In this document: positions 1-9,119 of the stretch, one piece after another | How the letters are laid out: the number at the start of each line of letters is the position of its first letter | Numbering within the stretch: the stretch's first letter is position 1 | Virus record (IMG/VR): IMGVR_UViG_3300049174_000096 | Location: 1-41,950 of that record | Reading direction: 5' to 3' (one strand) | DNA: 41,950 bases | Source: a virus | Lineage: Duplodnaviria > Caudoviricetes | Notes under the pieces: generated by a model | Database searches by the model: none | The model's input: the letters and a program-made list of their open reading frames with translations, nothing else | Told to the model about the DNA's origin: nothing | Position numbers and translations under genes: made by a program

Positions 1-127
1 CGCTTCGGGAAATACCATAGTGGGTATGAATTCCGGGACAGCTACTTCAATAAATAATAGTTTGAATACAGGTTTTGGGCAGGCTGTCTTGGGAAGTTTA
101 GACATAACAGGTGCAGGAGGAAACTTC
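1..127. repeat. Terminal direct repeat (copy 1); circular-assembly overlap
   Basis: 1-127 is identical to 41824-41950 and an ORF reads through the junction; 127 matches a common assembler k-mer. Confidence 0.95.
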
Positions 128-871
128 AATTGCGCCTTCGGTTTCGGCTCTTTATTTACAAACAGCACAGGAAACAACAACGCTTCTTTTGGAAATTCTT
201 CATGCGCTAACTATGTCGGCAGTGACATGGCAGCTTTTGGATCCTCTTCGTTTACAAATCTAACAAGTGGAGACGACAACTGCGGGTTTGGTTCAGGAGC
301 CTTTGCAGGACTTCTCACAGGTAATTTTAATTGTGGATTTGGATCATTTGTCGGGAGCTCATACACTGGAGCGGAAAGCAGTAATATTCTCATCCAAAAC
401 TCAGGTGTTGTTGGGGAATCCCACACAATGCGCCTGGGAACTGACGGAATGGGCGACGGAACCGTGTCCTCAACTTATATAGCTGGAGTCGTAGGAGTCA
501 CTGTTCCTAATCAGCAGCGAGTTGTCATAGATTCTTCCACAGGACAGCTCGGAGTTCAATCCGGTTCTATAGTATCAAATTATACCAATGTCACTTTTGG
601 AATGTCTCCATACACAGTACTTGCAACTGATTACTATATATCATGTGACACGTCAGGAGGAGCAATTACTTTAAACTTCCCGAATGCTCCCACAGCTTTC
701 CAAGAATGGATCGTAAAAGATCGCACAGGAAACTCAGCAGCAAATAATGTCACCATAACTACACCTGGCGGCGTGGTGACTTTTGATGGATCGACCACTC
801 TCCTTCTAAATACAGCCTATGCAGCATTCAACCTTCTAGCCAACGCTACTCCTACTTATGAGGTATTCTAA
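1..871 (+). CDS. Tail fibre/adhesin-like protein, 3' part (gene starts at 41639 and crosses the circular junction; ~351 aa in total)
   Basis: N-x-(A/G)-F-G repeats like adhesin head repeats; C-terminal DY(Y)ISCDTSGGAITLNFP...WIVKD phage fibre-type domain; in frame with ATG 41639. Confidence 0.7.
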   Translation, partial: ASGNTIVGMNSGTATSINNSLNTGFGQAVLGSLDITGAGGNFNCAFGFGSLFTNSTGNNNASFGNSSCANYVGSDMAAFGSSSFTNLTSGDDNCGFGSGAFAGLLTGNFNCGFGSFVGSSYTGAESSNILIQNSGVVGESHTMRLGTDGMGDGTVSSTYIAGVVGVTVPNQQRVVIDSSTGQLGVQSGSIVSNYTNVTFGMSPYTVLATDYYISCDTSGGAITLNFPNAPTAFQEWIVKDRTGNSAANNVTITTPGGVVTFDGSTTLLLNTAYAAFNLLANATPTYEVF

Positions 872-2751
872 TGGGATATAGAAAGCAAAATCCCCTGACA
901 GTAGATGGAGTCCTATATGCTGATGCCAATAAAGTAACGAGCTCAACTAATGCAGGAACAGCTACCCAAGTTTTGACTTCTAATGGACCTGGAGTAGCCC
1001 CTACCTATCAAGCCGTCTCTGCCAGTGGCGCTGTGACGACTTTGACAGGCAATACAGGCGGAGCAATAGCCCCAGTTGCCGGTAACATAAATACAGTTGG
1101 CACTGGAAGCATTACTACAGCTGGAGCCGGTAACACGTTGACCACTCAACTCACTGGACTCACATCGAATGCTATCCAGGTTGGTGCAGGCACTGCAACA
1201 TTGACTCAACTTGGTCCAGTAAACAGAGCTGTTTTGACAACAGGTGCAACGGGAGTTCCTGCTTTAACATCTCTAGCTACCAACGGACAGCTCATAATAG
1301 GATCTACAGCCGGAGCGCCAGCAGCAGCTACGTTAACAGCTGGCACAGGTATTTCCATAACTAATGGATCAAACTCAATTACCATAGCCGTGAGTGGTGG
1401 GACAGTAGGAGAAACTCTGACAGGAGACACGGGGGGCGCTCGTAGTCCTACTGCTGGCAACTGGGATATAATAACCAATAATGCTGCGAAAAATTCCGGA
1501 TCTACAGTTCTCTTTTCGGGAGCTAGTAGTACTCTCACTTTAAATGTAAGCGATTCAAGCGCCAATACTATCATAGGAAGCGGTGCAGGAAATCTTTCCA
1601 CCACGACAAATAGCACTACAGGTTTAGGTCACAATGTACTAACTGCAATTTCGTCTGGGGTTAATAATACATGCGTGGGTTCCCTGAGCATGGAACATGC
1701 TACCACCGATGCCGCTTGCTGTGCTTTCGGATTTCAAGCTCTAAATGCTATGGTTGGCTCAGGAGGAAACAATACCGCAATCGGAGCAAATTCTTTACAG
1801 TCTATAACGACTGGTCAGAGTAACATAGCCATAGGCTCAAGTTCGGGTACCTCATATGGCACCTCTGACTCATCCAATATAGTGATAGGTCATACAGGAA
1901 CAACAAGCGAATCTAATGCCATCCATATAGGTACTCAAGGTTCTGGAACAGCCCAACAAAATAAATGTTTCGTAGCTGGTATTGCTGGTGTGACACCTTC
2001 AAATCCTACGCCTGTTCTCCTCAATTCTTCAACTGGACAGTTAGGAAACGTAACATCAGCTAACAGCGCTATTTTAGCTACCAATAGCTCTGGAACGTAT
2101 GCAATGAGAGCTCTTTCTGTGGTCACTCAAGTCTTCAGTGCAAGTGGCACTTATACGCCAACCTCAGGCATGCTTTATTGCAAGGTACGTGGAGTAGGAG
2201 GAGGGGGTGCAGGGGGAGGAGCACCCGCGACAGGCGCAGCTACTTATTCTGTAGGTGGAGGTGGAGGAGCTGGTGAATATGGAGAAGGTACATTTTCCGC
2301 TGCAACTGTCGGAGCTTCTCAGACTGTAACTATTGCGGCAGCTGCTACAGGAAATAGTGGCTCAGCTGGAAATAATGGAGGCACATGCAGTCTTGGTGCT
2401 TTGATTACATTTGCTGGAGGAACAGGTGGCGCGTCAGGTGCCGCTGGAACGGGGACAAACTGCCTAGGTGGCTTAGGTGGTACAGGTGGTACAGGAGGGT
2501 CTTTTCATAGTCCTGGGCAACCTGGTTTCAATGGATACGGTCAGACAGCAACATTTATATTGATTGGTGGTAATGGGGGCTCTTCCAATTTTGGAGCGGG
2601 AGGTAGGGCTCCAATATCAGCAGCTGGAGTTGCTGGATTAGGGTTTGGTTCTGGAGGTGCAGGCGCATCTAACGGAAACAATGCATCAGCAACATCTGGC
2701 GGATCTGGAACTGTCGGCCAAATAGTTATCGACGAGTATGTAATCAGCTAG
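871..2751 (+). CDS. Tail fibre/adhesin-like protein with Gly-rich C-terminal domain
   Basis: 626 aa; TLTG(N/D)TGGA..P.AGN modules, NTAIG/NIAIG repeats, and an F..SGTYTP...GGGGAGGG Gly-rich tail domain. Confidence 0.7.
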   Translation: MGYRKQNPLTVDGVLYADANKVTSSTNAGTATQVLTSNGPGVAPTYQAVSASGAVTTLTGNTGGAIAPVAGNINTVGTGSITTAGAGNTLTTQLTGLTSNAIQVGAGTATLTQLGPVNRAVLTTGATGVPALTSLATNGQLIIGSTAGAPAAATLTAGTGISITNGSNSITIAVSGGTVGETLTGDTGGARSPTAGNWDIITNNAAKNSGSTVLFSGASSTLTLNVSDSSANTIIGSGAGNLSTTTNSTTGLGHNVLTAISSGVNNTCVGSLSMEHATTDAACCAFGFQALNAMVGSGGNNTAIGANSLQSITTGQSNIAIGSSSGTSYGTSDSSNIVIGHTGTTSESNAIHIGTQGSGTAQQNKCFVAGIAGVTPSNPTPVLLNSSTGQLGNVTSANSAILATNSSGTYAMRALSVVTQVFSASGTYTPTSGMLYCKVRGVGGGGAGGGAPATGAATYSVGGGGGAGEYGEGTFSAATVGASQTVTIAAAATGNSGSAGNNGGTCSLGALITFAGGTGGASGAAGTGTNCLGGLGGTGGTGGSFHSPGQPGFNGYGQTATFILIGGNGGSSNFGAGGRAPISAAGVAGLGFGSGGAGASNGNNASATSGGSGTVGQIVIDEYVIS

Positions 2752-2760
2752 AGTTTTAAA

Positions 2761-2940
2761 ATGACAATTTCCATAGATGTAAATACTATTCCTGGACATG
2801 TAGATATAACATCTCCTCCTGGATCTTCCGTTTCTTATCTCTCCACACATCAAATGGTGTTCGATACTTCTGATGCAACCTCAACTTCTTCCGGTCTCTA
2901 TATATGGAAAAGCGGAGCCTTCGGCGCTCAAAATTGGCTC
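2761..2940 (+). pseudogene. 5' part of a virion/fibre-associated gene interrupted by the methyltransferase insert
   Basis: 60 codons ending GAFGAQNWL; joins in frame to 3961 (PLKYLATTSEIP...). Confidence 0.7.
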
Positions 2941-2990
2941 AGAAAAGCATAAAGTTCACCCCATTCTCCCTTATTTGCAGTTATATTCAT
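2928..2990 (-). pseudogene. N-terminal remnant of an HpaII-family restriction endonuclease
   Basis: ATG 2990 overlaps the MTase 3' end and reads MNITANKGEWGELYAFL, then runs into phage sequence (SQF*); matches the NKGEWxExY N-terminal motif of this family as I recall it. Confidence 0.6.
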
Positions 2991-3960
2991 TAATATTTTC
3001 TTTTAATATATTTAGCATGTTTGCTACTGTTGCGCGAATGGGGTTGACGGCTACGCTATTACCTAATTGTTTAAGTGCCTGTGCTTCTGATACAGGAAAT
3101 ATGAAGTCTTCAGGAAAACCCATCATTTTTTTACCTTCTTTTGAAGTAATGCGACGTATTTCGCCATCTACTTCATAGGTGTCCCAGTTTCTGCGATCAT
3201 CAATGCCTGAACCTCGGCCACCTACACGAAGAGTAAAACCGATTTCCTTAGAACAGTTACCCTCAAATACATCGGACATTGTGAATTCTAATGGGATTGG
3301 GTCAGGGAATCTAAAAGAATGACATCCGACAATGTCTTGTCTAAAACCGATAATATAAAGACGTGGTCTATGGGTTGGAAGGCCATAATCCGAGGCTTTT
3401 AAAATCTGGAAGGTTACGGAGTATCCCAGCTCATCTTCTAAAATGTGGCGAATAACCTCAAAAGTTCTACCATTATCGTGATTAAGGAGATGTCGCACGT
3501 TTTCGAGAAAAAATGCCTTCGGGTGCTTTGCTTTGATAATCTTAGCAATTTCAAAAAAAAGAGTCCCTCGTGTTTCAGCAAACCCTTTTTTAAATCCTGC
3601 CTGACTAAAAGGTTGACAAGGAAACCCCCCACAAAGAATGTCAACATTTTCAGGAATGCATGTTTGATTTTCATCATCGGTTATGTCCCCACGAAACATA
3701 TTATTTGTGAATAATTCCGGGGAAATATCTTTGAAATTTTCAATGTATGTTGTTCTTGCATGTGGATCCCATTCGCTGGCATACACGCATTTACCACCGA
3801 GTTGATGCAGTGCTGTGTGAAATCCCCCGATACCTGCAAATAGATCAATAAAAGTGAAGGACGCTTGCTGCTGTGGACAACTGTAAGCGTGTACATTTTC
3901 GAAGGCAAGCGCCATAACTATCACTATTATTCTAGGGTTAAGCATGTTTGTTTTTTCCAA
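2941..3960 (-). mobile_element. ~1020-bp foreign insert derived from a Type II R-M locus (MTase plus nuclease stub)
   Basis: Removing it restores a 195-aa ORF (2761-4368); antisense to the tail operon; no transposase, terminal repeats or in-frame target duplication seen; exact ends uncertain by a few codons. Confidence 0.65.
2971..3960 (-). CDS. dcm: DNA (cytosine-5)-methyltransferase (true start may be ATG 3945 or 3915)
   Basis: Motifs FIDLFAGIGG (I), GGFPCQPFS (IV), ENV (VI), RPRLYIIG (VIII), KQLGNSV (X). Confidence 0.95.
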   Translation of the reverse strand: MEKTNMLNPRIIVIVMALAFENVHAYSCPQQQASFTFIDLFAGIGGFHTALHQLGGKCVYASEWDPHARTTYIENFKDISPELFTNNMFRGDITDDENQTCIPENVDILCGGFPCQPFSQAGFKKGFAETRGTLFFEIAKIIKAKHPKAFFLENVRHLLNHDNGRTFEVIRHILEDELGYSVTFQILKASDYGLPTHRPRLYIIGFRQDIVGCHSFRFPDPIPLEFTMSDVFEGNCSKEIGFTLRVGGRGSGIDDRRNWDTYEVDGEIRRITSKEGKKMMGFPEDFIFPVSEAQALKQLGNSVAVNPIRATVANMLNILKENINEYNCK

Positions 3961-4368
3961 CCTCTTAAATATTTGGCCACCACATCTGAAATTCCAGTTA
4001 TTAATACTCCTCTGTATGCATATCCCACCCGTGCACTAAATACAGCGTATCAAGTAAGCGCAACACGGAACGCCTTCGTTGTAAACAGTATCCAGATCTC
4101 TTGTACATTATCTATTAGTGGGGGACAAACCGGAACGGTAGTCCTAGAGATTTGCCCCAACTCTGCTTTCTCAAGTGGTGTACAAGAAATTGGTGAAATA
4201 TCCAACGGCAATACGGGAACCCTTACCGTCGGTCTGAACATAGTACAAACCCTAACACAGAATCTATGCGGAAGAATCCCAGCTGGATATTATTATCGCA
4301 TGAGAACCGTGAACAATACTGGAACGCCAACCTTTACATGGAAATCTGCCCAGGAAGTGACCATCTAG
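3961..4368 (+). pseudogene. 3' part of the interrupted virion/fibre-associated gene
   Basis: Beta-rich domain PTRALNTAYQVS...IPAGYYYRMRT...QEVTI; the tracked TTG start at 3865 lies inside the MTase. Confidence 0.65.
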
Positions 4369-4615
4369 TTTGGCAATAGTTTACAGTCCACCTGGGTTCT
4401 TCTAGACTAATACAGGATACACTCAGTACAGTGAAGCCATGAATGTCAAGAAGTGCCAAGACATATCCTAGAGTGTTAGTATCAGATTTGAGTGTTAAGA
4501 CTTCAAATTGAGGCTCTGATGCTGTTTCTGGATTGCCAAGATATATAGATTCATTTGCATGAACCCCTAAAAAAGGAATAAACGCAGTTATGATACCAAT
4601 AATCTTACTTCTCAT
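4334..4615 (-). CDS. Hypothetical protein with signal-peptide-like N-terminus
   Basis: MRSKIIGIITAFIPFLGVHA; overlaps both neighbours slightly. Confidence 0.4.
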   Translation of the reverse strand: MRSKIIGIITAFIPFLGVHANESIYLGNPETASEPQFEVLTLKSDTNTLGYVLALLDIHGFTVLSVSCISLEEPRWTVNYCQTRWSLPGQISM

Positions 4616-4778
4616 GTGTCTATCCTCCTGTATGTTTAAAGACGGTCACTACATCGATGATAATCCCGTCGAAGAGATCGCAGAAGCTGTCCTCAAAGAC
4701 TATACAGGCATTGATGTAGACTTCACTCCATCTTCTGAAGAGAGACCTTCTGTGGATCTCATCAAAAAGAGGTTCTAA
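4590..4778 (+). CDS. Small putative lipoprotein
   Basis: Hydrophobic N-terminus with LSSC lipobox-like motif; AGGA upstream; lies at the end of the late operon. Confidence 0.6.
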   Translation: MIPIILLLMCLSSCMFKDGHYIDDNPVEEIAEAVLKDYTGIDVDFTPSSEERPSVDLIKKRF

Positions 4779-4966
4779 TGCCAATATATGTCTACGTAGT
4801 ATGCCTCGGGATCGCAATCTGTCTATTGTATCACCTTGTCCAAAAGGAGCTTTAGATCCTATTTCTTTTTCCTGAAATAGAAAAAACAAAAACCGATCCC
4901 AATCATAGCAAGAATAAACGCTAGATCAGACATAGATGTAAAGTTTAGTGCCCTGTAATGCATAGA

Positions 4967-5464
4967 TTATCTCCCATTGTCTGGAGCAGGAGGACATGTT
5001 CCTTGTCCAGGAGTTGGTCCTGCTCCCCAAATAGCCTCGGCTAATTTAGCATCGGAATTCCACATCTTTTCTAGAGCATCGGTTCCATAAGCCACCGCGC
5101 TTTCGCTATCGCCTCCAAGTGCACTTAAAACAGCCATAGCAGAGTCTTTTGTCGCGCTGAATAGATCGTTAATGGATTCCTTCCACGCCGCTTCTACAGC
5201 TGCACTCTCGGCATTTGAAGCCATGAGGGAGCCATTCCCATAGTTAGAAGCAAGAGTATTCCACTGCCAAGAGTTAAGATCAACGTTACCGTTCATGAAG
5301 TCCAGGCTGTTATTTACAAGTGTAGTTATAGCTGGCATATGGGGAGCAAACTGTTGCACTAATCCCTGACCCTGCTCAATAAAATGGCCACCACCTCTCA
5401 CAATGTGTCCTAAAACTTGAGGACCTTGACCAATCATTCTCTCTCCAACCGTAATATGACTCAT
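4967..5464 (-). CDS. Hypothetical protein
   Basis: 165-aa ORF with AGGAG RBS upstream. Confidence 0.7.
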   Translation of the reverse strand: MSHITVGERMIGQGPQVLGHIVRGGGHFIEQGQGLVQQFAPHMPAITTLVNNSLDFMNGNVDLNSWQWNTLASNYGNGSLMASNAESAAVEAAWKESINDLFSATKDSAMAVLSALGGDSESAVAYGTDALEKMWNSDAKLAEAIWGAGPTPGQGTCPPAPDNGR

Positions 5465-5571
5465 AAAAGTCTCCTTTTTTGTGGCAACGATAAAGCTGTG
5501 GCTTATTTATGTCTTCTCAAAAAAATACTTTAAAACCACCTAGAATCGCGTCAAATCGTTTCAGGCTACCC

Positions 5572-5970
5572 TCATACCTTCTGGTGTGCGTTATGAGGTC
5601 CTGAGGCAAATAAAGTCGGTTCCTTGGGATTCTTGGCCTCAACATCGGCACATCTTTTAACATAACTCTGGAAAGTGCTGTTGATCTTTGAAGTCACTTC
5701 TCTGTGGGAATCATGCAAAAAGATGGGAGTCGCATAAAACCCTCCATACACTTCCTTGGGAGGCTTCCAAGAAATAGTAAGCAGCGAATCTGGAACGTGT
5801 TGACTCCCGGTAATCTTCGCCATCATGCCTTTTGGTAGAGTTTGCTCTGTATGCTTCTCACAAAATCTTTTAGCCACCGCAAGATTCTTTGGATAATCTG
5901 TATGTGGTCCTCTTTGAGGCTCAACAGCGGTTCTATTCCAGCTAATTTCTTCTGACATAGGTACCTCCAA
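5572..5970 (-). CDS. Hypothetical protein downstream of the initiator (likely start ATG ~5958)
   Basis: GGAGG RBS before MSEEIS; overlaps the initiator 3' end. Confidence 0.6.
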   Translation of the reverse strand: MEVPMSEEISWNRTAVEPQRGPHTDYPKNLAVAKRFCEKHTEQTLPKGMMAKITGSQHVPDSLLTISWKPPKEVYGGFYATPIFLHDSHREVTSKINSTFQSYVKRCADVEAKNPKEPTLFASGPHNAHQKV

Positions 5971-6889
5971 ACATTTCGATTAACGCCTTTTTAAAGGTTT
6001 CTTCGGGTAAATTGAAAGGAATTTCTTTAGCCATGAGGCGATTTATTGCGAACTTATCATCAAAAGATAACCCCCTCATTTCATTCGGGTGTTTTTCTTT
6101 GAGCTGCATTGCGTAGTGACGGTTCTTTCTAACGAGTTCTTTCTCAGAATCCCCTCCCTTTTGAGCCATCATGACATCAAAATCTTTCCTCAGCTTTGAG
6201 GGGCTCAAACATGCTGACTTCCACCACTTGTGGGTAGAGGCCCACTCTATGAGATCGCGAACCTTGGAAGGATCTCTCTTATCGATCCTGAGAAGGCAAT
6301 CAAACTCTGCCCTCCACTTCTCAAGCTTTGGCTCTTTGAATTCTGGATTTCTTTCCCTAATTTTTTCGAAGAAAAAAGTACACAAAGAGTCGGCGTCAGC
6401 CGAGACCTGAGGCGGAGCCGAAGCTTTCTTTTCCGACTTCGGGGCTTCTTTATATATTGGTTTATCTTTTTCTTCTCTGTTAAGAGAAGAATGTTTTTCC
6501 TTAATGTATTCGTTTTCGGGGTCCCGAGCTTCGGTATCCCGAAAACAGGGATGTCGGAAAATATTTTTGAATTTTGGAGATTCTGAAATGTAATATTTAA
6601 ATCCACTTTTTAGATTCCCTGATTTATTCTCTTCTCTCTTTATGTAGCCAGCTTGAATAGCCTCATTTACCATCTTGTAGACTCTATTTCGCCCCATAAA
6701 TTTTTTTACATGAGAATGGACTTGGGCAATGTTCAATTGCCAGCCATTTTTCATGCTCAGTAGATATATTAAAAACCAGCGGCATTCTGGTGAGATATTT
6801 TCGTCTCTTATCAGATCTCTATTGATTTGGGCGTACGGATTTTCTTTATCATGAGGACATCTTTGGATGGTATCGGTATCATGTTTCAT
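5942..6889 (-). CDS. Phage replication initiator / replisome-organiser-like HTH protein
   Basis: N-terminal wHTH-like region (LIRDENISPECRWFLIYLLS...EAIQAGYI), charged linker, and C-terminal D.R...W...WW...LSPSKLRKDFD domain like lambda O/DnaD C-termini. Confidence 0.75.
   Translation of the reverse strand: MKHDTDTIQRCPHDKENPYAQINRDLIRDENISPECRWFLIYLLSMKNGWQLNIAQVHSHVKKFMGRNRVYKMVNEAIQAGYIKREENKSGNLKSGFKYYISESPKFKNIFRHPCFRDTEARDPENEYIKEKHSSLNREEKDKPIYKEAPKSEKKASAPPQVSADADSLCTFFFEKIRERNPEFKEPKLEKWRAEFDCLLRIDKRDPSKVRDLIEWASTHKWWKSACLSPSKLRKDFDVMMAQKGGDSEKELVRKNRHYAMQLKEKHPNEMRGLSFDDKFAINRLMAKEIPFNLPEETFKKALIEMFGGTYVRRN
6515..6542. repeat. Short direct repeats inside the initiator gene (possible iterons)
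   Basis: TTCGGGGTCCCGA (6515) and TTCGGTATCCCGA (6530), 15-bp period, beside A/T-rich linker-coding DNA. Confidence 0.35.
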
Positions 6890-7161
6890 TATTGGGCCTC
6901 CTCTCTTAGAAGGAGTCCGTCATTCACTAATTGATCCACTAGAGAATAAAATGTTTCCTTTGAAAAAATTGGAAATCTTTTAAAGAGATCTTTTTCTTTC
7001 ATTGGCGAGCCATCTCCATTCAAACATTGGGGGATTTCTCCTAAAAGAAGGGCCTTTTCCCATCCATACTTGATGATGTCTTCCATGAAGATAATGGAAG
7101 GGTAATTTCTAGATCTTATAACTGGCACGATAAGTCTCCCGTCTTGTTGGGAGATGCACAA
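6889..7161 (-). CDS. Hypothetical protein, possibly winged-helix
   Basis: Stop overlaps the initiator start; C-terminal TFYSLVDQLVNDGLL. Confidence 0.5.
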   Translation of the reverse strand: MCISQQDGRLIVPVIRSRNYPSIIFMEDIIKYGWEKALLLGEIPQCLNGDGSPMKEKDLFKRFPIFSKETFYSLVDQLVNDGLLLREEAQ

Positions 7162-7206
7162 TCTTCTCGAAAGAGAACTTGAGAAATATGTAGCTTTTCT
7201 TTTACT

Positions 7207-7236
7207 TTGAGCTTAAATGGCTGTTTTGTATAAGAT
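7207..7236 (+). promoter_or_regulatory. Sigma70-like promoter
   Basis: TTGAGC followed after 16-18 nt by TATAAG/TAAGAT. Confidence 0.45.
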
Positions 7237-7288
7237 GGCTACGCTTTAACAAGCGAAATCCCTCCCAGGACTTCATTTCGTGCATCTG

Positions 7289-7320
7289 ACCCCGAGCGAC
7301 TAACTCGGGGTTTTTTTATT
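7289..7320 (+). terminator. Rho-independent terminator
   Basis: ACCCCGAG-CGACTAA-CTCGGGGT stem-loop followed by a T run. Confidence 0.8.
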
Positions 7321-7425
7321 TTGTTAATTCCATCCTATTCGCAATAAACCATTTGAAGCAAATCCTATTTGCAGTTATCCTCCTGGTTGCTTTTAAGATA
7401 ACTTAATAAAATCGGAGGCTTTGTA

Positions 7426-7602
7426 ATGTCCTTTCAATCAAAAATTTGTGACCTAGATACCTACATTAAAGACAAAGAGGCTGCTGAAGAAATATTGAAA
7501 ATAGCCAAAAAAAGAAATATTTCTCGCAAGATTGCTTACCTTTACGAAGAAATTCTAAAGCTAGAAGAGATTTTGAAAGATCAAGAGATAGTCGAAGCAT
7601 AA
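7426..7602 (+). CDS. Small hypothetical protein (58 aa; not in ORF track)
   Basis: GGAGG RBS; MSFQSKICDLDTYIKDKEAAEEILKIAKK...; opposite strand to its neighbours. Confidence 0.6.
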   Translation: MSFQSKICDLDTYIKDKEAAEEILKIAKKRNISRKIAYLYEEILKLEEILKDQEIVEA

Positions 7603-7631
7603 AAAACCGCCCCAAGCTTGGCCTGGGACGG
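7601..7631 (-). terminator. Rho-independent terminator after the exonuclease gene
   Basis: Minus strand CCGTCCCA-9 nt-TGGGGCGG followed by TTTTTT. Confidence 0.7.
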
Positions 7632-7658
7632 CCCATGGAGAGAATATGCGACTAACAA

Positions 7659-8579
7659 CTAACTAGTAACACGAGCTGTCCATTTTACGAAAGATGGTTT
7701 CCGATACGGCTCTACCGATATTGGTTTGAATGGAATATCAGGGTAGTGAGCTTTTAGATTGTCCACATAGTCGCTAAAAGCTTGCATGTAGTCGATCGAT
7801 CCGGAGACAACGGAGCGCGTCAAAGATACTCGGCTTCCTCGGGATGATTTTCCGTCAGCAAGGCCTATCATTTGGTTGCGTATTTCTTTTTCTGCGGCCT
7901 CAACGTCACGAAGAGCAAGCAGCTTTTCTATCCAGGTGCTTGCTAGAGCCTTCCACTCTTCGCTTTCCCCCATCTCGTTGAAATCTTTTTCAGTAAGTGG
8001 AGGGGCTTTGTTACTCTTTATAAATTCCCAAAACTCTTTCTCTTTTGGGAATAATTGAGTCTCGATGTAGCTGGAATCTCTTGCGACCTCGACAATCACA
8101 CCTTTAGATCCGTCAGCGGGACTGGAAAAATAATACATGCCTGGCATCCCGGTCACATTCAAAATGTGCTGGCATTGAGGATAATACTTCTCAGGAATCT
8201 TTCCCGATTTAGCTGTAGCGTGATCCTCTTTGTTGGCCTTTTTGATCTCTACGATATTCTCAAAAGATTCATCGATGCCGTCTAAAGAAGCCTTGAGCCA
8301 CAAATGAGAGGTATTCTGAACATTCATGGGCATGAAGGTTTTTCCAATATAGCTCTCGAATTCAATACGAGAAGCTCCCTCAGTCTCTCTTCCAAAGCGC
8401 TTGGCTGCGTTGTCTTCGTTTGACCTAGAAAGAACCTTCTCTTCCCACTTTTGGAAGGGCGTAGCCCATGGAGAAACCCCCATGATAGCCGGGGCATCGC
8501 TGCCCCCAATTCCATTACGTCTCCATTCAAGCCACTCTTCATGGCTCATGTTATCGCATTTACGCCACATCTGATTCAC
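7659..8579 (-). CDS. yqaJ: YqaJ/lambda-exonuclease family recombination nuclease
   Basis: EWLEWRRNGIGGSDAPAIMGVSPW, ASLDG, EIK and YYPQCQH motifs. Confidence 0.9.
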   Translation of the reverse strand: MNQMWRKCDNMSHEEWLEWRRNGIGGSDAPAIMGVSPWATPFQKWEEKVLSRSNEDNAAKRFGRETEGASRIEFESYIGKTFMPMNVQNTSHLWLKASLDGIDESFENIVEIKKANKEDHATAKSGKIPEKYYPQCQHILNVTGMPGMYYFSSPADGSKGVIVEVARDSSYIETQLFPKEKEFWEFIKSNKAPPLTEKDFNEMGESEEWKALASTWIEKLLALRDVEAAEKEIRNQMIGLADGKSSRGSRVSLTRSVVSGSIDYMQAFSDYVDNLKAHYPDIPFKPISVEPYRKPSFVKWTARVTS

Positions 8580-9096
8580 GGGAAACCTCCTTGCCTGCGT
8601 CTAAATCAACGAAAGGATCTTTGCCTACATACAGGGCGTACAGATTGACCGGGGTCTCCTGGTACACTTCTGCGATGTCTTTATCAAGCTTGCTAGGAGA
8701 GCTAGAACGCAAGATATAACGCGTGTCCTTGCCTTCTCCATGCTTTGACACAAAGATGTCATAAAGAAGCGGGGATCCCTTATTTTGGGCTAGCGATTTC
8801 AGAGAAGCCTTTAAATTCTTCTGGCCAAAAGACCAGATCTGAAGCACACCTAAATCATAGTTCCAGATGAGCATGGCGTTAAATTCTTTCATGGGTTTGG
8901 CTGGATTAGGAGCCACTCTTGGTTTCTTATCTGGATAGAACCTAATCGGCTTGTTATCCTCACTCCAGTTCTCCCAACCCACAATCGGTTGGCTCAATAT
9001 TCGAATGCGAACCTCGTCGCCTTCAACAATTTTGCTGGGCTTAAAGTAGTCTGTGTTTCCCATGTATTTATCTTCTTCAGGAAAAAATGATGACAT
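8560..9096 (-). CDS. Putative ssDNA-binding/annealing protein
   Basis: Next to YqaJ; RIRILS...GWE.W...WNY...YD...K.G.G..T.Y pattern of a conserved phage family; acidic C-terminus. Confidence 0.5.
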   Translation of the reverse strand: MSSFFPEEDKYMGNTDYFKPSKIVEGDEVRIRILSQPIVGWENWSEDNKPIRFYPDKKPRVAPNPAKPMKEFNAMLIWNYDLGVLQIWSFGQKNLKASLKSLAQNKGSPLLYDIFVSKHGEGKDTRYILRSSSPSKLDKDIAEVYQETPVNLYALYVGKDPFVDLDAGKEVSRESDVA

Positions 9097-9119
9097 AATA
9101 ATTTACCTATTGTTTTGGA

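Noticed and set aside
1-127. 127-bp terminal repeat as a biological DTR
   Set aside because: It lies inside a fibre gene and its length equals a standard assembler k-mer, so it is best read as circular overlap
3886-3960. Signal-peptide-like N-terminus on the C5 MTase (MLNPRIIVIVMALAFENVHA), suggesting a secreted methylase
   Set aside because: It depends on an upstream start; ATG 3915 gives a normal-length N-terminus, and the hydrophobic run may be translated AT-rich leader. Needs homologue alignment
2941-3960. Insert as an intron or IS element
   Set aside because: No group I/II core, terminal inverted repeats or transposase; using the CTC at both ends as a target duplication gives an out-of-frame join
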